Shown here one piece after another: positions 27,701 to 42,700 of a stretch of DNA of 64,000 nt. The stretch is taken from assembly GCA_001938485.1 (NCBI GenBank), contig MQRK01239584.1:1-64000 (forward strand), read 5' to 3'. The stretch is from Girardia tigrina. Its lineage: Eukaryota. The notes under the pieces were generated by a model that saw only the letters and a list, made by a program, of their open reading frames with translations, had not been told where the DNA came from and made no database searches. Position 1 is the first letter of the stretch, and each line of letters starts with the position of its first letter. The translations under genes were made by a program, and so were the position numbers.

Positions 27701-30700
27701 ATATATCAGTTGCTTCATCATTAATGCAAAACAGGCATTCAATTGCCATTTATTCTCACAGTCTTAATAATATTGAAAGAAAATGGCTTTGTATCTTGCA
27801 AAGTGACTCAAAGTGATCTTGAATGTTACAGTTTCTGCAATACTTTTCTTATGCAGGGTTCTCATTGCGTCCGTGTATTGACTTTGGCCAATACCAATAA
27901 AAAATTACAGTCGAGATTTCATGCGTTGATAAATTAATGTCTGAGATTTGGTTATTGATTCTTAAATGTCCAAAGGTTCCACCAGTTGCTCTTAGGGAAG
28001 CGTTTTATTTAATTACAGATCAGAAAGCCATAGCTCATTTATTCGATGCATTCTCAAAATCAACTATTAAAAAAATTGAAACTATGTCTCTTGAGATTGC
28101 AACTATCGGAATATTCATACAACATTATTTATAGACCAAGAGTTGGAAACCTAGCAGCTGACGCCTTTAATAAGTGACTGCGGAAACAAAAAATGAACTC
28201 TCTAACGAAGATAAAAATTTTTTGTGAGTCAAATGCACGATAAAATGGTTCATCCGGATATCATTCATTTGTGTGCCTTTATGAGACGTTTCAACGATAA
28301 TTCGTTTTTGACTTCTCTTGGTTCACAAACGATTAAAAACTACAATGTAAGTGTGAAGTTATAGTATAAGTTTATTAAATTACCATCACAAACCTCTTAT
28401 ACAATCCGCCAAACCTTGGAAAAGAATCTCCATAAACTTTAAATTTCCTCTTCCAATAACGAATTCAGGACATAAATAGTCGACGAATATCACGATTATA
28501 TAAATAAAAATATAAAAATCGGCTGCTGCTTTTTGTTTGGAATTCTTACGCTCGTCTATCCAGATTTGGTTCTGATCAATTCAATTGTCTAATCCCGACT
28601 ATATTATTGGTTATCTTGCTTTATTAACGAAGACTAAGTCTCTGACCATCTGATTTTCCCTATTTTACTATCAAATAGCGTTTAGTTTGAAAGATTGATC
28701 AAATATCCGAATCAAAGCACATTCGATCTGCTAATTGTTTCACAATAAAAATCAAATCATTAGCCCATTCGAAAGATTTTTTGATTATACTGTTGGAAGT
28801 ACTGAATTCAAAGTATTTCTTTTCATTTGTTACTCATCTACTCGATCTTTTCCCATTTCTTCGTAGTGCTATTATTAAAAGTGAGTTAACAGATCGCAAT
28901 TTCTTTACTTTTCTGTCAATTCGCTTTTATAACACGTACCACTCATTTCTATCCATCATCCAATGACCAGTGCTTATGATACAATATTATTATCTGTAGA
29001 ACGTTACAGCTTCGTCTGTTGTTTCAATACTTAATATACCAAACTGTCATTAAAGAAATATCCAATATTTGCCTTCTCAAAGTTGGATCTGAATAACTAA
29101 GAATTTGTTTTTCATCTCAGAAATTTTTGATCATATTAGTACAAATGGTTTTAAATATTGATCCGAACACGTACGATAATTTTTTATAGATAAAAAACAA
29201 AATCAAATCAATAATTTGGAGAGAAAAGTACCGCATATTTGAGATCCATGACTTAAAACAGAAAGCATATTTTGTAGCGAAAGGTTCTGAAGAAAATAAA
29301 AAAAATATGGAATAAAAATTGATCCGCCCGATCCCTAGATGGTGGTAGCAGAAGCACAATATCGGAAAGTGATTTTAAGCTTGGATGTTTCGAGATGGAG
29401 CCATTTTAGAATAGTATTTTTCTTACTGATCACTATCATTATTTTTTGTTGTGAACAGTTCACAATTCAAAATTTTAGCATTATTTATTCAAAAATTTTA
29501 AATGATCACTCTTAATCAAATTAATGAATCGCAACTCATCAAATTTAAAAGTTTTTAAGAGTTCAAAAATAAATTTCACAAATATTTTTAGCGTATCCTT
29601 CAAAATTTTTCAGAGTTCAAAAGTAATTCGAAAAATTTGATTTAATTTTTTGATAATTATTATCGTCCAAAAACGCTATTTACAAATGATTTTTTGACAA
29701 GTAATATAAATTTGGCTTCAGGCTCGCTTTGATTGGTTAATCAATCAGAGCGATCTATTTCATTCCATCAATAACCATAAATAACCGGTACACATACAAG
29801 CATAATATTAATCGACTCAATGATAATTGACTCTAAGAGTCATTCAGTTTAATAAATTGCTCGAAATGAATAATTTGAAGTTCCTTTGTTCAGTGAAAAA
29901 ACATGAACAAAATTATTTTTTTTAATTTATATTATTTTATTTAAATTTTTCTTTATATTTCAATCTAATATTATTATTTATTACATATTAATATAAAGCA
30001 ACAAGTGATAAAAATTACAGCGATTGACATTCACGAAAAATACCAAGAGAAAATTTCGATTTGAATTGTCTTTGGACAAAGAGGGAGATGTTTTCCAATA
30101 CGATGATAACTAAATAATATTAATAAAGATTTAATACGAAACACAATTATTGACTTGATTGTTAAGAACATCATTTATAATGATAAAAATTTCTCCATCT
30201 ATTGTAATATATCCCAGCAATAATTGGAGATCAAAGTATGCATTACCTGAGATTAATCTGAAATCTAATGAAAGGTCACTGTGGTACCAGTTAGAGGGGT
30301 GAAATTTAGGGGAAGCAGAGGGCTAAAATTAATAATTATTAATTTAATGTTTTTTAAAACATTCTTTTTAGATTTTACAGTTTGAAAGATACAGTATAAA
30401 AATTATTTATTCCAAACATTGTTTTATAAATATTACTTTGTATCCATGCACTGGTTGGTAGTTCCCAAATAAATCTTCTGACTGTTTAATAATTACAAAT
30501 TTTATGTAGGAAAATACACATAACAAGATGATTTTACTCATCTAATTTGTCACAAAAATTATGTAAATTCAAATATTCTATTTTAAAAAAAATGTATTAA
30601 AAAATTTCGTCTCATCAAATTGCTTCTTAATTTTTAGCTGCGAGTTTTCAAGCTGGCCAAATCTTGGCAAACAATGAATCTTTTGTTTAGTATAATTGCA

Positions 30701-33700
30701 ACGACTGTGGGAGCTATTGGAAATCTGTGTATTGTTCTTGGGATTATCATATTTATATTTGCAGTTGTTGGAATGCAACTGTTTGGTGAAAAATACCAGC
30801 AATTTAGAAATGAAACAATGTTTCCCGCCTTCGGAGGAAAGGAACCCCGATGGAATTTTAATGACTTCACACATTCATTTATGATAGTGTTTCGAGTGCT
30901 TTGTGGCGAATGGATTGAATCAATGTGGGATTGTATGGAAGTCAATGGGTATGCTTGCGTCCCGTTTTTTTTAATGACAATGATTTTGGGGAATTTGGTG
31001 GTATGTATTACGTTTTGATGATAAATTGTTAAATAAACCATTTTCCTGAAGCTTTTAAATTTATTTTTGGCGTTACTTCTAAGTTCGTTTGGCAGTGAAA
31101 GCCTTCAGAAAAGAGAGGATGATTCTAATGAAGTTAATAAACTACAAGAAGCTATAGACAGAATTTATCGGGCAATCGTTTGGGTGAAGCTTCAATTCAA
31201 TTATGCTGTGAAACTTTTAAAACAATATTTTGGTCGATGTATAAGGTTTATTTTATTTATTATCTTTAATTAATTTTATTATCATTGTTAGCAATGAGCC
31301 TAAATGACTCTTTAAAAAATTATAACTTAGATTTATTTTCTAAGATTATTTTGATAAAGTTATATCTTATATCTTATCAATAACATTTAATAGTAATTGA
31401 GTTATTAAAATACAAAAATATCATTTTAAGTTTTGATTTGAAAACATGTTTCGTTAGCGACGGCAATTGACAGAAAAACAAACATTTAAAAATTCAAATG
31501 ATGCGTGATCAACATTCAACTGCCAACATGTTACTCGTATTTATTTATGGTTGACTCAAATTTACTCAAATCGAGAATTTTTACTTAATTCATTTGATCT
31601 TTAACTTCTAACAATGACATCTTTATTAAATTCATCCACTGAGGATGTATATTACAACCAGCCCTCAGCGCCGGCCTTACCACGCCATCGCCGATTGTTT
31701 GGCTTTGTCACACTGCAGCTGATGAAAATAGCAAGGCGTCGGTGTCTGATTACAACATACAAATGCAAAAGGCAATTTATGCAAAGGCATTTGTAAAGAA
31801 AGGCATCAAAACCTTTTTAAACTGTCAAGCTGTTGATTGGCGAAATTGCTCCAAAAGAGAATGCTTCAACAAAAGCTGATTACATTCAAGTTGTACCCAT
31901 AGCATCTACATTAGAATCAAGTAAAAGTTATCCATCCACCTGCAACTTAATCAACTTGATCTTGTCAACCCAAAATCGCGAATTTAACTATGCTGAAGAA
32001 ACAGGGTCAAAGATCAATTGATGTTGAAAATAAATTGGAGGTTTATATGAAGAAAAAAGTTGAGCTTGAAAAAAAATAATGGCATTTAAAGATAACCAAC
32101 AAAGACAGTAAAGACAACGCGGAAAAGGAAAGGAGATGCTGTTTTGAGCTATTGCAAAACACCCAGACCTCAAAGATGACATGAGATGACGAGTCAAAAT
32201 ATTGTTGTTCTGTTGTCAAATCTCAACCAAATTTCCTCCAGCAGATTATTGAAATCTTCACAAGTGGTCAATCTGCAACTCACGAACACAGAAGAGATGA
32301 ATACTACTTAACTATCAATACGGTAAATGAGCTTACAGATGAAATGAGGAGGAAAGGTCATGATGTAAGTTGTGAAGGTATTTACTTACACATAATGCCT
32401 CGAAACTCACAAACTATTCAAGGCAAAATGCATGTGGTTACATCAACTGTGCGCTTGATCAGACCCTCAAACTATTTACACCAGAGCCACGAGGATACGA
32501 ACTTTTGATATGTCACAATGAGTCAGATTTTTTAAATAGCTTCATGTCTTTGTCCAGCTGAAGTGGGAATTATCAATCAAGATGATAAAGCGCAAGTTCT
32601 ATTGAGTTTGCCAGCGGAAACAGATCAAGCCCTAATGTTGATGCATGTCGATTATGGAGTCAAGCTTCCCGATCATAACTTCGTTATTGCGCCTCGTCAT
32701 CGTCTCACTCCATCAGTGTGTGTTGGTCTTCAAGCTGCCGAAAATAAATTTGGAGGTGAGGGAGTAATAGAATACTCAGGGCCGACTTTTGTAGGCATTC
32801 GATCAGCGAAGTACACAAAATCAACAGCTTTCTCCCATGTTCGCGATTATAACCTATTGTCCAACCTTAAAACTTTCGAGACATTTATCAAAAAACGAAC
32901 TGGTGCTACCAAGACTGTTATGATCACTTTAATGGATGGTGCCCGGAAGAAAATCCGCGATATCAAAAATTCATTGATGTTGCCATTCACAATTTCAATT
33001 AACACAAATTTGATATGCTCATTATTGCCACTAACGCTCCCCATAGAAGCGCTTTCAACCCGGTCGAACACTGCATGGTCCCTCTCTGACGATAAGTAAA
33101 TTTTTATACAAGATCATTCTATCAAAAATGTAAGCTACGATGGAGAACGATTCACAGTAGGAATTTCGTGGAAGGAGGCAAATTGTAAGCCACAGAACAA
33201 CCAAAGGTGGCTTACAACAACATATTGTCTGTGAAATTCTTATACTATTGGACCTTCAACGACACGTATGGATCTCATCTTGATAACAACGGAATGATCT
33301 TTGACGAAAAGAAGCTTGAAAATTTTGAGACAGCTGGTTGAAGTCTTTTCTATCGTAAAACTAGATGGACAGTGGGAAACATTCGCTAATTATGTTGCAA
33401 CAGAAGATTCGGAAATTCCAGAGACGATGTTAACAAGAAAAGATCAAAAGTAGATTGCTAAACCTGTCAGAAGCAGTCAATACTTGCTACAAATCGCAAA
33501 GTACTTGGATCCCGAATGTTGTGAAAATCCTCGTGGAAAGTGATTTCAGATTATGCCTGATAGATTTCTTACTACGCCCATAACTATAGGGTATAGAGTA
33601 TAATCCCATGATTACGATCGATGAATTTAGCTCAGAGAAGCCTCACTTTGCTTCGCTTTCCAAACACTCCTCCTTACAAAGGGATTTCTAGCTATTTGTG

Positions 33701-36700
33701 ATAATTTGTAAGATAGGGTTTTGAGGGGTCAAAAATTCTGATTTTTTGCGTTACGTATTAAATGAGCAGCCCCTAAGTGGTTCTCAGTATTTTCAGATTA
33801 TATGAGTGGCATATTTGTTAATGTTTGTTAATTTGCATGTTGTCTCTGTACATATTATTTTGTTTACGACAAAATATAAATCACAATCCTTTAAATCAAT
33901 CAAACTTTTAGCTTCCACTTTCTCCATATCTTTTTATTAAGGTCTTCTGTTCATCTAGGTGAATTTTGTTACGGGGATTCCCACGTATAAATAGTGTTAG
34001 AATTAAAGATATCGTATTGTTTTTTAAATTAAAAATTATATTTTGGTAAATAAAACTTAATATTTATGTATCTTAATTAGTACTACAATAAATTAAGTTT
34101 ATATTTATAGGAAAAAACGAAATGTAGTAAAAAATTATCCGTCATGGAATACTCATAATATAAAATGTGATAAGTCTTTCTATGAGCTGGCCTTACCGAA
34201 TGATCATAAAACTGCAGGTAATGAGTTACTTATTATCAGATATAATAAAAAAATTATACATATTATTATTTTTAATATTGGTAACATTATTTGAGTATTC
34301 TGTTTGATGTTTGATTAAATATTTGTCGAATTATATTAACACGGAGCTTGTCCCTTGCTATAGATAGAAGCGGGACAGCTCCTTCCGCCGTTTCTTTACA
34401 ATGTTTTTACTATAAGTTAGAAATATAAAAAATTATCTAATGTCTTCTTTATATTTTGATTTTAAGAAAAAGTGTTTTAGTAATATTAACTCGATCGAGT
34501 AAATTCTATTGGACCTTCAATGAAGCGAAGAATTTGTGCAGCCACCTTTGAAATTTGAGGTAATTATTGAAAACAAATTTAAGAAGTTCTTTAAAAATAG
34601 CTCGAAGTTATTAAACATCTGACATTTTAAGATTTAGTTAGTACATTAATTACGCAAAACGTCCACCTTCGGTCTTGAATAATCGGTTTGCTTATCATTA
34701 AAGTGTAAGGTTGAGCATTCTCATGTAGTAGTATGACCTGAGTTCATGTTCTGAATGAAATTGCTGATTTAAGTTGATGGAGTTGTTCATAAAAAACTTA
34801 AGTGACAACTGTAACATTTTTATTCAGCTATTCATAATAAAATGAGCATTTGATTTGGATCTGGATGAACTGCGTCACTCATTGTCAAATGTCCATTGTT
34901 AAACATATTAAACCATTTGTACTGAACTTCATCTTATTATAATTTTGCCATAAACATATTGATTACTTCAGACAGATTCCCCTGTGGGTAGCAGAATCTG
35001 GCTTTTGTGATCCCCCAGCCGTGCCAATTTTATCAATTTTTTCATAAGGTTAAAAATCTATACCAACCATATCGTTTTACAAAATTTTATAGGCGTCTGT
35101 AATATTAACGAAACGCTGTCAAGTATAATGAACCTCAGCACAGGCAGAAGATCTTGATACTCTTAGAGTATTGCAGTAATCTGAGCCAAAAACAGCAGTT
35201 GTTTTTTGCTTTAAAAATTCTTTTACAAATATTTAAGATTGACAACTAATAGAACGATTAATTAATAGAACGAACGACAATTAATAGAACGACAACTTTC
35301 AATCATTATGTTAACTTGATCGGGTTTTGTATTTACTTGCATCGATATCTTCTTTCTAATACACATCTAACAAAATCAAATCATTCATTTTTGGTCGCTC
35401 ACTGATCATCTGGTTTTTAATTTTTTTGTTATCATTAAAGATCTAAACACAATTCAAATACAACACGACTTAGGCTTCCAAAATCTTTATTTTAATCTAA
35501 TATTGGCCTTTTCGATCTAAAATTGTCATTCTGAATTCACTTCCTTTTGCACACATTTCCCCATTCACACTATTAAGAACATCAATTTGGGTTTTCACAC
35601 ATTTATTTAAATCTCAATTTTAATTGCCTTTGGCACAATTCTAAGCCAAGTTTTGATAAAATTTTGTTAATGTCTTGATAATTAACAATTAATCGAACAA
35701 AATTTCATTTTTAATTATTTTTAGATTTTATTTTTAAAAATTCTACGTTTATAATTTCGTTAATAATTTTATCTAAAAATTAATTTAATTTTTAAAAACG
35801 ATTTTATTTAAAGAAAAACATTTATTTAAGCAATTTAAAAATAAGTTAAAAATAATTATTTTATTCAAATTTTTAATATTCAAATTTTAAAAGATTTAAC
35901 GTTTTTATTTTAAAGTTTTTTAATATCTTATGTTGTAATATAAAATGCAAATTATGCTCAAATAACTATTCATCACGAACATCCAAAATACCAATTTTCC
36001 ATCTGGGTGGGAGAAACACATTTCCAAATAGTAAACTCAACATACAAAGTTCGACATACCAATTTCAACATATACCAAATTTAAAATAATTTTTAAATAA
36101 CTTTTGTTGACTAATCATTTTGAAGCAAGCACATAAACTAAACATACCACAGCGCATAATTCATGGCAAGAATCACTGAGAATATTTTGAGATGCAGGTT
36201 TCCCTCTTACTGAAGGAAAAGTGAAAGGACTGGGAGACTTTTGTGTATTTTGCCACAGGATAAACCTCAAGTCTTGATTCCTCTCCCGACGATTAGATCT
36301 TTAAAACATCAGCAAATTATGCGTTTAGAAAGATGTGTGAACAACTCTGGTATTAAAATAAAGAGTTGGTGGCATTAGCTTTCTTTGATAGAAATGTGGA
36401 TGGATTTGATAAAAGAGCCATGATTGAAGCACTCAAGCATGAAGTAGAAGAGTCTCCTCCTAAACGTATCTCTATGTAAAAGTTAAAGATAACTGAGAAA
36501 AGACTTCATGATTTTGTGACTTAAAATGCACAGATTCTTTTCCGGATTCCATCTGGGAAACTGGTCCTGACAGAAGGCATACGAATCCAGCTTACCTACT
36601 ATCTGATAATGTTTTCAGAAAGCTTCATGTTATAAACGACATAGCAGAACGAGCAGTTACTTTGATGAAAGAGTATAATACTTTGTTAACAATTTATTCT

Positions 36701-39700
36701 GCAAGTAGTTAGTGAATATCCGAAATACTGTCCTGGGAGTACGATGTCTACTTTTCTTCAAGTACTTACACTACTTTAATTATTGATGCTTTTTAATTAA
36801 TAAAAATTTTCTTTGGCTTATTCACAAAGGCTGCGCAGTGACAGTTTTCTAAATAATCCTTTATCATTACAAAGTTCCATAGTTCAGATCCAAAAATAAA
36901 ATTTGTACGTCCCTAACTACTTCAATTTGATATTTATTGTGAAAAGCGGTTGCTTTACTGAGTCTAACGATATCAGGTCCGTCCCGATGAGACATTGGAC
37001 TCTCAAGATATAGTAGTAAACCAGCTGAAAATTACACAAACTGCGAAGTATCGTCAAACTTAAGTTGAATTGTTTACCAATTGCAAAAATATTTTGTATA
37101 TTTTAGTTCCTAGTGAGGGAGGAACTATTAAGAGTCGGAGGTTGAAAATTCAAACTTGAAAGCGAGGACCACTCAAATGCACTTATACACAAATTGAAGC
37201 ACACACAACACAATACACATTGAAAGCTCAGAGATTAAAAAACAACACACAATTCAAACGACATAATATTAGTTTCTTTGTTTTAATTTAAATTCACTAA
37301 ATAATATTCATTGATTTTTTGAAACGTTTTTATAATTGTTTTGATTTCATTTATTTAATCCGATTTTAAGTTAATTTTGTGAAAGTCTTTAATTTTATTA
37401 AACTTCCAAATATTATTTATTTTATTTAATTTATGATTATTTTATTTAAGCAAACTTTATATTAGTCTTGAGAATAGATAAACAATTTGACTTGTTGTTT
37501 AGTTTGAACTATATTATCAAATCTTGTACGGCTGGTAAAAAAATCGGGCAACCCATTTTATATCTTCCGATCCACATTGATGTAACACATTGATTAAAAT
37601 CGAATAGAAAAACATGAATCGAACTTATTTAATAAAAATACGAAATATTTAAATTAAAATTAAAGACACTTTGTAGATGTTACAAGTGTTGGGTATTCGA
37701 TAAAATTAACCTTTTAACTCTCTTGAGTTTTATAGTATCGACACGTAATCTGACTTTGAGTTCAGAAGGTTCTTCCAACTATTTATGTACTTTTAACAGT
37801 TATTCCTCGCTTGAGGATCAGTAAATCTTCCTCTCTTGAGGATCGTCAACAGTATCAATCTCGAAAGAGATTTTGTTGATTCAAATTTCAAATATTATCT
37901 CGAATGAGAAATATTTGATATAATGTAATCTCGCAGGAGATTAAATCTTTTGCAATCTTTAATACTGCCTCACAAGAGACAATCAAATAAAACAATTTAT
38001 CTCGCAAGAGATGCTGCCGATTTTTGATTCACAATTATCACGTAAGAGATACCTTTTAATTTATTATCTTAATATTATTATGAACTTGAACCACAATAAC
38101 TGAACCAACAGTTTCAATCGTTTTTATTTTTTAATATTACCATTGGCTTCAAATACAAAGTTTGTAACAATTGAGGATTCCAAAAAATATTTTTTTACCA
38201 CTTTAACCGAATATTTTTCCCAATTATTTTTTGTGACTTTCTTCGAAAAGTCAGGGTATTTATACCCATTATTGATTTATTAAAATTTTTTTTATTTTCC
38301 CTGGTGCACTTGAACCTGAATAAATGGCATAAATGCCAATTTCAAAATAAGTGCGCATGCACAATATATTTTTTTTCTCCTTTAGAAAGGTGCACTTGCA
38401 CCTAAATGTCAGCAACTAGGTGCGCATGCACCATATACTCTCCCACCATCACGGTTCACTTGCACCTACATAGTTGGCATAAATGCCACTTAAATTAAAT
38501 AAAATTTTTTTCTTTTATAATAATTAAGATACAAATAATTACAATAATAATAAACATAATAATAATATTAGCAATAACATCAATATAATTAATCAAATAA
38601 TAATAATTATAATTATAATAAATATAATAATAATATTAATATGATTAAATAAGTAATAATACTAATTATTATTATTATAATTATAATAATAGTAATAATA
38701 ACAATTTTAATAATACTACTAATAATAATATTAATACTAATGATAATCATTTATTAATAATACTGATAATCAATATATTAATAATAATATGAATATTAAA
38801 ATAAAAATTATGATGATAATAGTAATGATTATATAAATAATTAATAATAAATGACAATAATACTAATAACAATAATATTAATAATACGAACATATCTCAA
38901 GGAATAATATATTTTATTTCAGGATCCCAACACAAGTACGGAAACAAATGAGCTTAAAAGGGATATTTAATACAAAGAATAAAACCTTATTTTAAGTGCG
39001 TACAAAGTTATGTACCAACCAAACAGAATGAATTAAAATAAATTTATATTATTTAATGGTTATATGTTTATATATAAAATTATTTGTTTTTATTCATTTA
39101 AAAACAATTTTAAATGGTGTCAAAATGTACGTTGCCTTTTTTTAGAGCACAATTTAGCTAATCAAGATCTATGGTTTAAATACGCTTTAAAAGAAATTGA
39201 ACCTCCAAAATTTGATGAAGATCCAGAAATTAATGAAGTGGAAATCATTTACTCAACCGCTCCAGAAGATTGTCTTCCAAACATTTTTAGTAAACTTTTA
39301 AGGGAATGTTATGATGTTGTCTTTGAAACAAAGATTGGGAAATTCTGGTGGAATTCGCGTTGTATCGCATCAAAAATAGTGGAACATCAATTTTTCGAAA
39401 CGTTTATCATTTTAATGATTATAATCAGCTCCTTAACACTGGTAGATTATTTTTTTATTATTACAGATGCTAATTTCTTTTAATCAAACGATTATTATTA
39501 TTTAGAGTCACTAAAGCTTGTAAATTAAGGGGGAACTATTTTTTGTTCTCTTTGATAAAATTGAGTTTTTAAATGTAAATGTTTGTGGTTAGTGCCCATG
39601 GTTTACTGTCCATCCTTTAGTTAAATAAATCAAGGTGAATTAAACTTTAGACTTTTATATTATATTAAGTTGACTGTAAAATAATTCTAACTTAGAATGA

Positions 39701-42700
39701 CATTAGTTAACTGCCATATTAGTGTTGTTGACGAATTGATCAATTTGGGTTTACTTTGATTCTGTGAGTTTTTGATAGGAAGGAAAGAGTACAATGTGTA
39801 GTTTCAAATAGTCGTCCAGTTTTCAAAAGCTCACTGATAAGCCAGATTTTTGATTTGCCTTAGGGTTGCTAAAGATCAACAACCCCAAAAAACATTTTTT
39901 AATTTAAATTGAAAATAACAAGAAATTTACAAGTATATGTTTTTGAAAACCTTTAAAATACGTTTTATTTATGTTATCCGAAAAGTTTACGATAAAATAC
40001 ACAAAATTATTCAAATCTTTATGCAAAAAAAATAAGAAAACCTAAAATAGTTATGGAAATATTAATAAAATACGAATTACTAATAAATGTTTGTTTAAAT
40101 TAACTATTTGTGTTATAATTGTGAGGAATATTTTGAATTTGGTATGTTGAAATTGGTTTGTTGAATTTTGTATGTTGAGTTTAGTATTTGGAAATGTGTT
40201 TCTCCCACCCAGATGGAAAATTGATATTTTGGATGTTCACGATAAATAATTATTCGAGTATAATTTGCATTTTAAAGTACAACATAACATATTTAAAAAC
40301 ATCAAAAATATTAAATCGTTTCAAATTTTCATATTAAAATTTAAATAAAATAAATAGTTTTAACTAAGTTTTGAATTAAATAAATTTTCTTTCTTTCCAT
40401 AAAATAATTTTTAAATAAAATTAATATGTAAATAAAATTAATACTAAAATTACAAAATTTGAACTTTAAAAATAAAATCTGAAAATAATGAAAAATTTGT
40501 TCGAATAAATGTTTATTAACAAACGTTAACTAAAAGTTATCAATTTAGAACGATGTCGAATTACGAGAGTTTTGCTGAGAGTTGTCCAAATGACAATTCT
40601 GATTGTATTGAAAATAAAAGTTCGAAAACCCATGTTGCTGTTCTTAATAATAATAATAATACATTTTGGAATTGTCAAGTGTCTTAATGGAGTCGAATAT
40701 CATAACTGGTGACCACGGCAAAGTAGAAGAACTGCCACGAAATGGAGTGATAATGATCCAATTAGTACCGAAATTGGAACTTCTGAAAGCATTAACCGAT
40801 GCGATCAACAAGAAACTGAGGCCTTTCAACGGATCATAAGGCTTTGATATACATGAAAATATCATTAAAACCAATAACTCTTCAATTTCTGATTTGGCTG
40901 AATAACAGAGCTCGATCTCAAGCTGGAATACCGAAAAGGTAATAATCATGGGAATCGGATGCAGTATCACGATTATATGAGGAGGAATGTCCGCAGTGCC
41001 AAATTAAGCATGAAGATCCAAAAAGTAAGAAATCTTAAGTGAAACATGTTAATTCGGTAGCGATTCAATCAACGTTGACTTGGATCAAAGAGGAACAGGA
41101 CAAATGCGAGGAAAATGGAAAAGAATACTAGAGAAGACTCGCGAGGACCCATATCAAGAGTCTGATGATTTGGGACAAGGTGGTGGGTTTGATTGTAAAA
41201 GAAGGATTATTTTGGAATTATGTTTACCATTAGTTCCGAAAAGTATAAGAAAAGAGTTTGTGAAAATAATTCATGTTGATTTGTGTCATTTTGGTATAAA
41301 AAAAACAAAACGGTATATAATGCATCATTTTTTTTGTTCCAGAATTGATGAAGGAAGTGAAAACAGTAATTGGTGAATGTGACGAATGCCGTCGTAGGAA
41401 TGCATTAACAGAGAAAACAAAAGAAAAACTCATTCCAATTAAATCTAATGATTTTTTATAACAATTGGTGATAGATATTGCTTTCATTGGAAATAGAAAT
41501 TCCAATTATCCGTATTTTTTAGTGATAGTGGATCAATTCTCAAAACTAATCAGTTTGACTGAAATCAGAACGCAATCCGAATATATTTTAATTCGATGTA
41601 TTCTGGTTAAATGGATTAATAGATTTGGTCAACCAAAACGAATTTTAACAGATAATGGAACGTATTTTACGGGTACGTAGTTCAAGGAATTCTGTCATTA
41701 ACATGGGATTGAACATCAGTGTAGTAGTCCATTCCAGCATCATTCCAATGGACTTGCAGAACGATGTATTCGGACAGTGAGAGATATGTTAGTGACAACC
41801 AATGGAGAGAAGGTTAAACAGATGAGGTAGGAAATAATTCTCAAAATTGAGTTTTCGCTTAATGTGACGGTACAAAGTACAACCAGATTTTTCCCGTTTG
41901 AATTGTTTTTAAATGGAAAATAAATTTGCACGCGGCTGGAGGAGTGTCACTGACGGAAAATGGAGAAGATATTAAAATATGGTGAAAGAAAATACGGAAA
42001 GAGCAGCAAACCAAATGGAACAGTTGGAGACAGAGAAGAGAACAAAGCGAAATTTCGAAGATGGTCAACAGGTTATGGTAAAGATAGAGCCTCAAAAACA
42101 AAAGGATGCGTTCAGATTTGAAGGCTCATTCGAAATTATAAAACATATATCACCTCATCAACTTGAGTTACAGAATCGAGCAGATATCAAGATATGAAGA
42201 TATGAACCTCGAATGTCAGAGGGGGAAGTTATGGAAATATTAATAAAATACGAATTATTAATAAAGGTTTGTTTAAATTAACTATTTGTGTTATAATAAT
42301 AAATTTTTGAATTTTCAAATGTCTTAATGGAGTCTGAAGTGACCAGAGTCCCTGATTTGATACAAACGGGGACACTGTCGAGAGAACTCATTCTGGTATG
42401 AACGCAACGAGACTGTCTCAAGGCCCAAAACCGGCTGCTTATATCATGTCACAGATTTTACCGCCACCTGTTTCACCGCCCAAAATCTTATTTAGTCCAA
42501 TGAGGATTGTTGGGTATTGTGCTAATTTGAATGTTCGTCGGACACACGAATCGATTTTCTTTGAGGGCATTCACAACATCGGTACTCAAACCCAAATCCG
42601 AAAACGTGCATTTTTTGTCTATGGCGGAAATTTCGAGATTGAATTAATCTAAAAAAAATCCCCACTTAATTTAATTTTTATCCATGAATTACTGGCCAAA

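Noticed and set aside
30578-31041. Antisense ORFs over Nav exons and over pol genes
   Set aside because: Shadow frames of real coding sequence, with no motifs
37107-37140. Possible extra II-III linker micro-exon ([11 protein letters not shown]), and an acceptor at 38922
   Set aside because: Not frame-preserving alone, and no GT donor after 38923 restores the phase; 34217^39146 already joins in frame
37718-38050. CRISPR array
   Set aside because: Eukaryotic intron, 14-bp degenerate repeats, short spacers and no cas genes; kept only as a binding-site array
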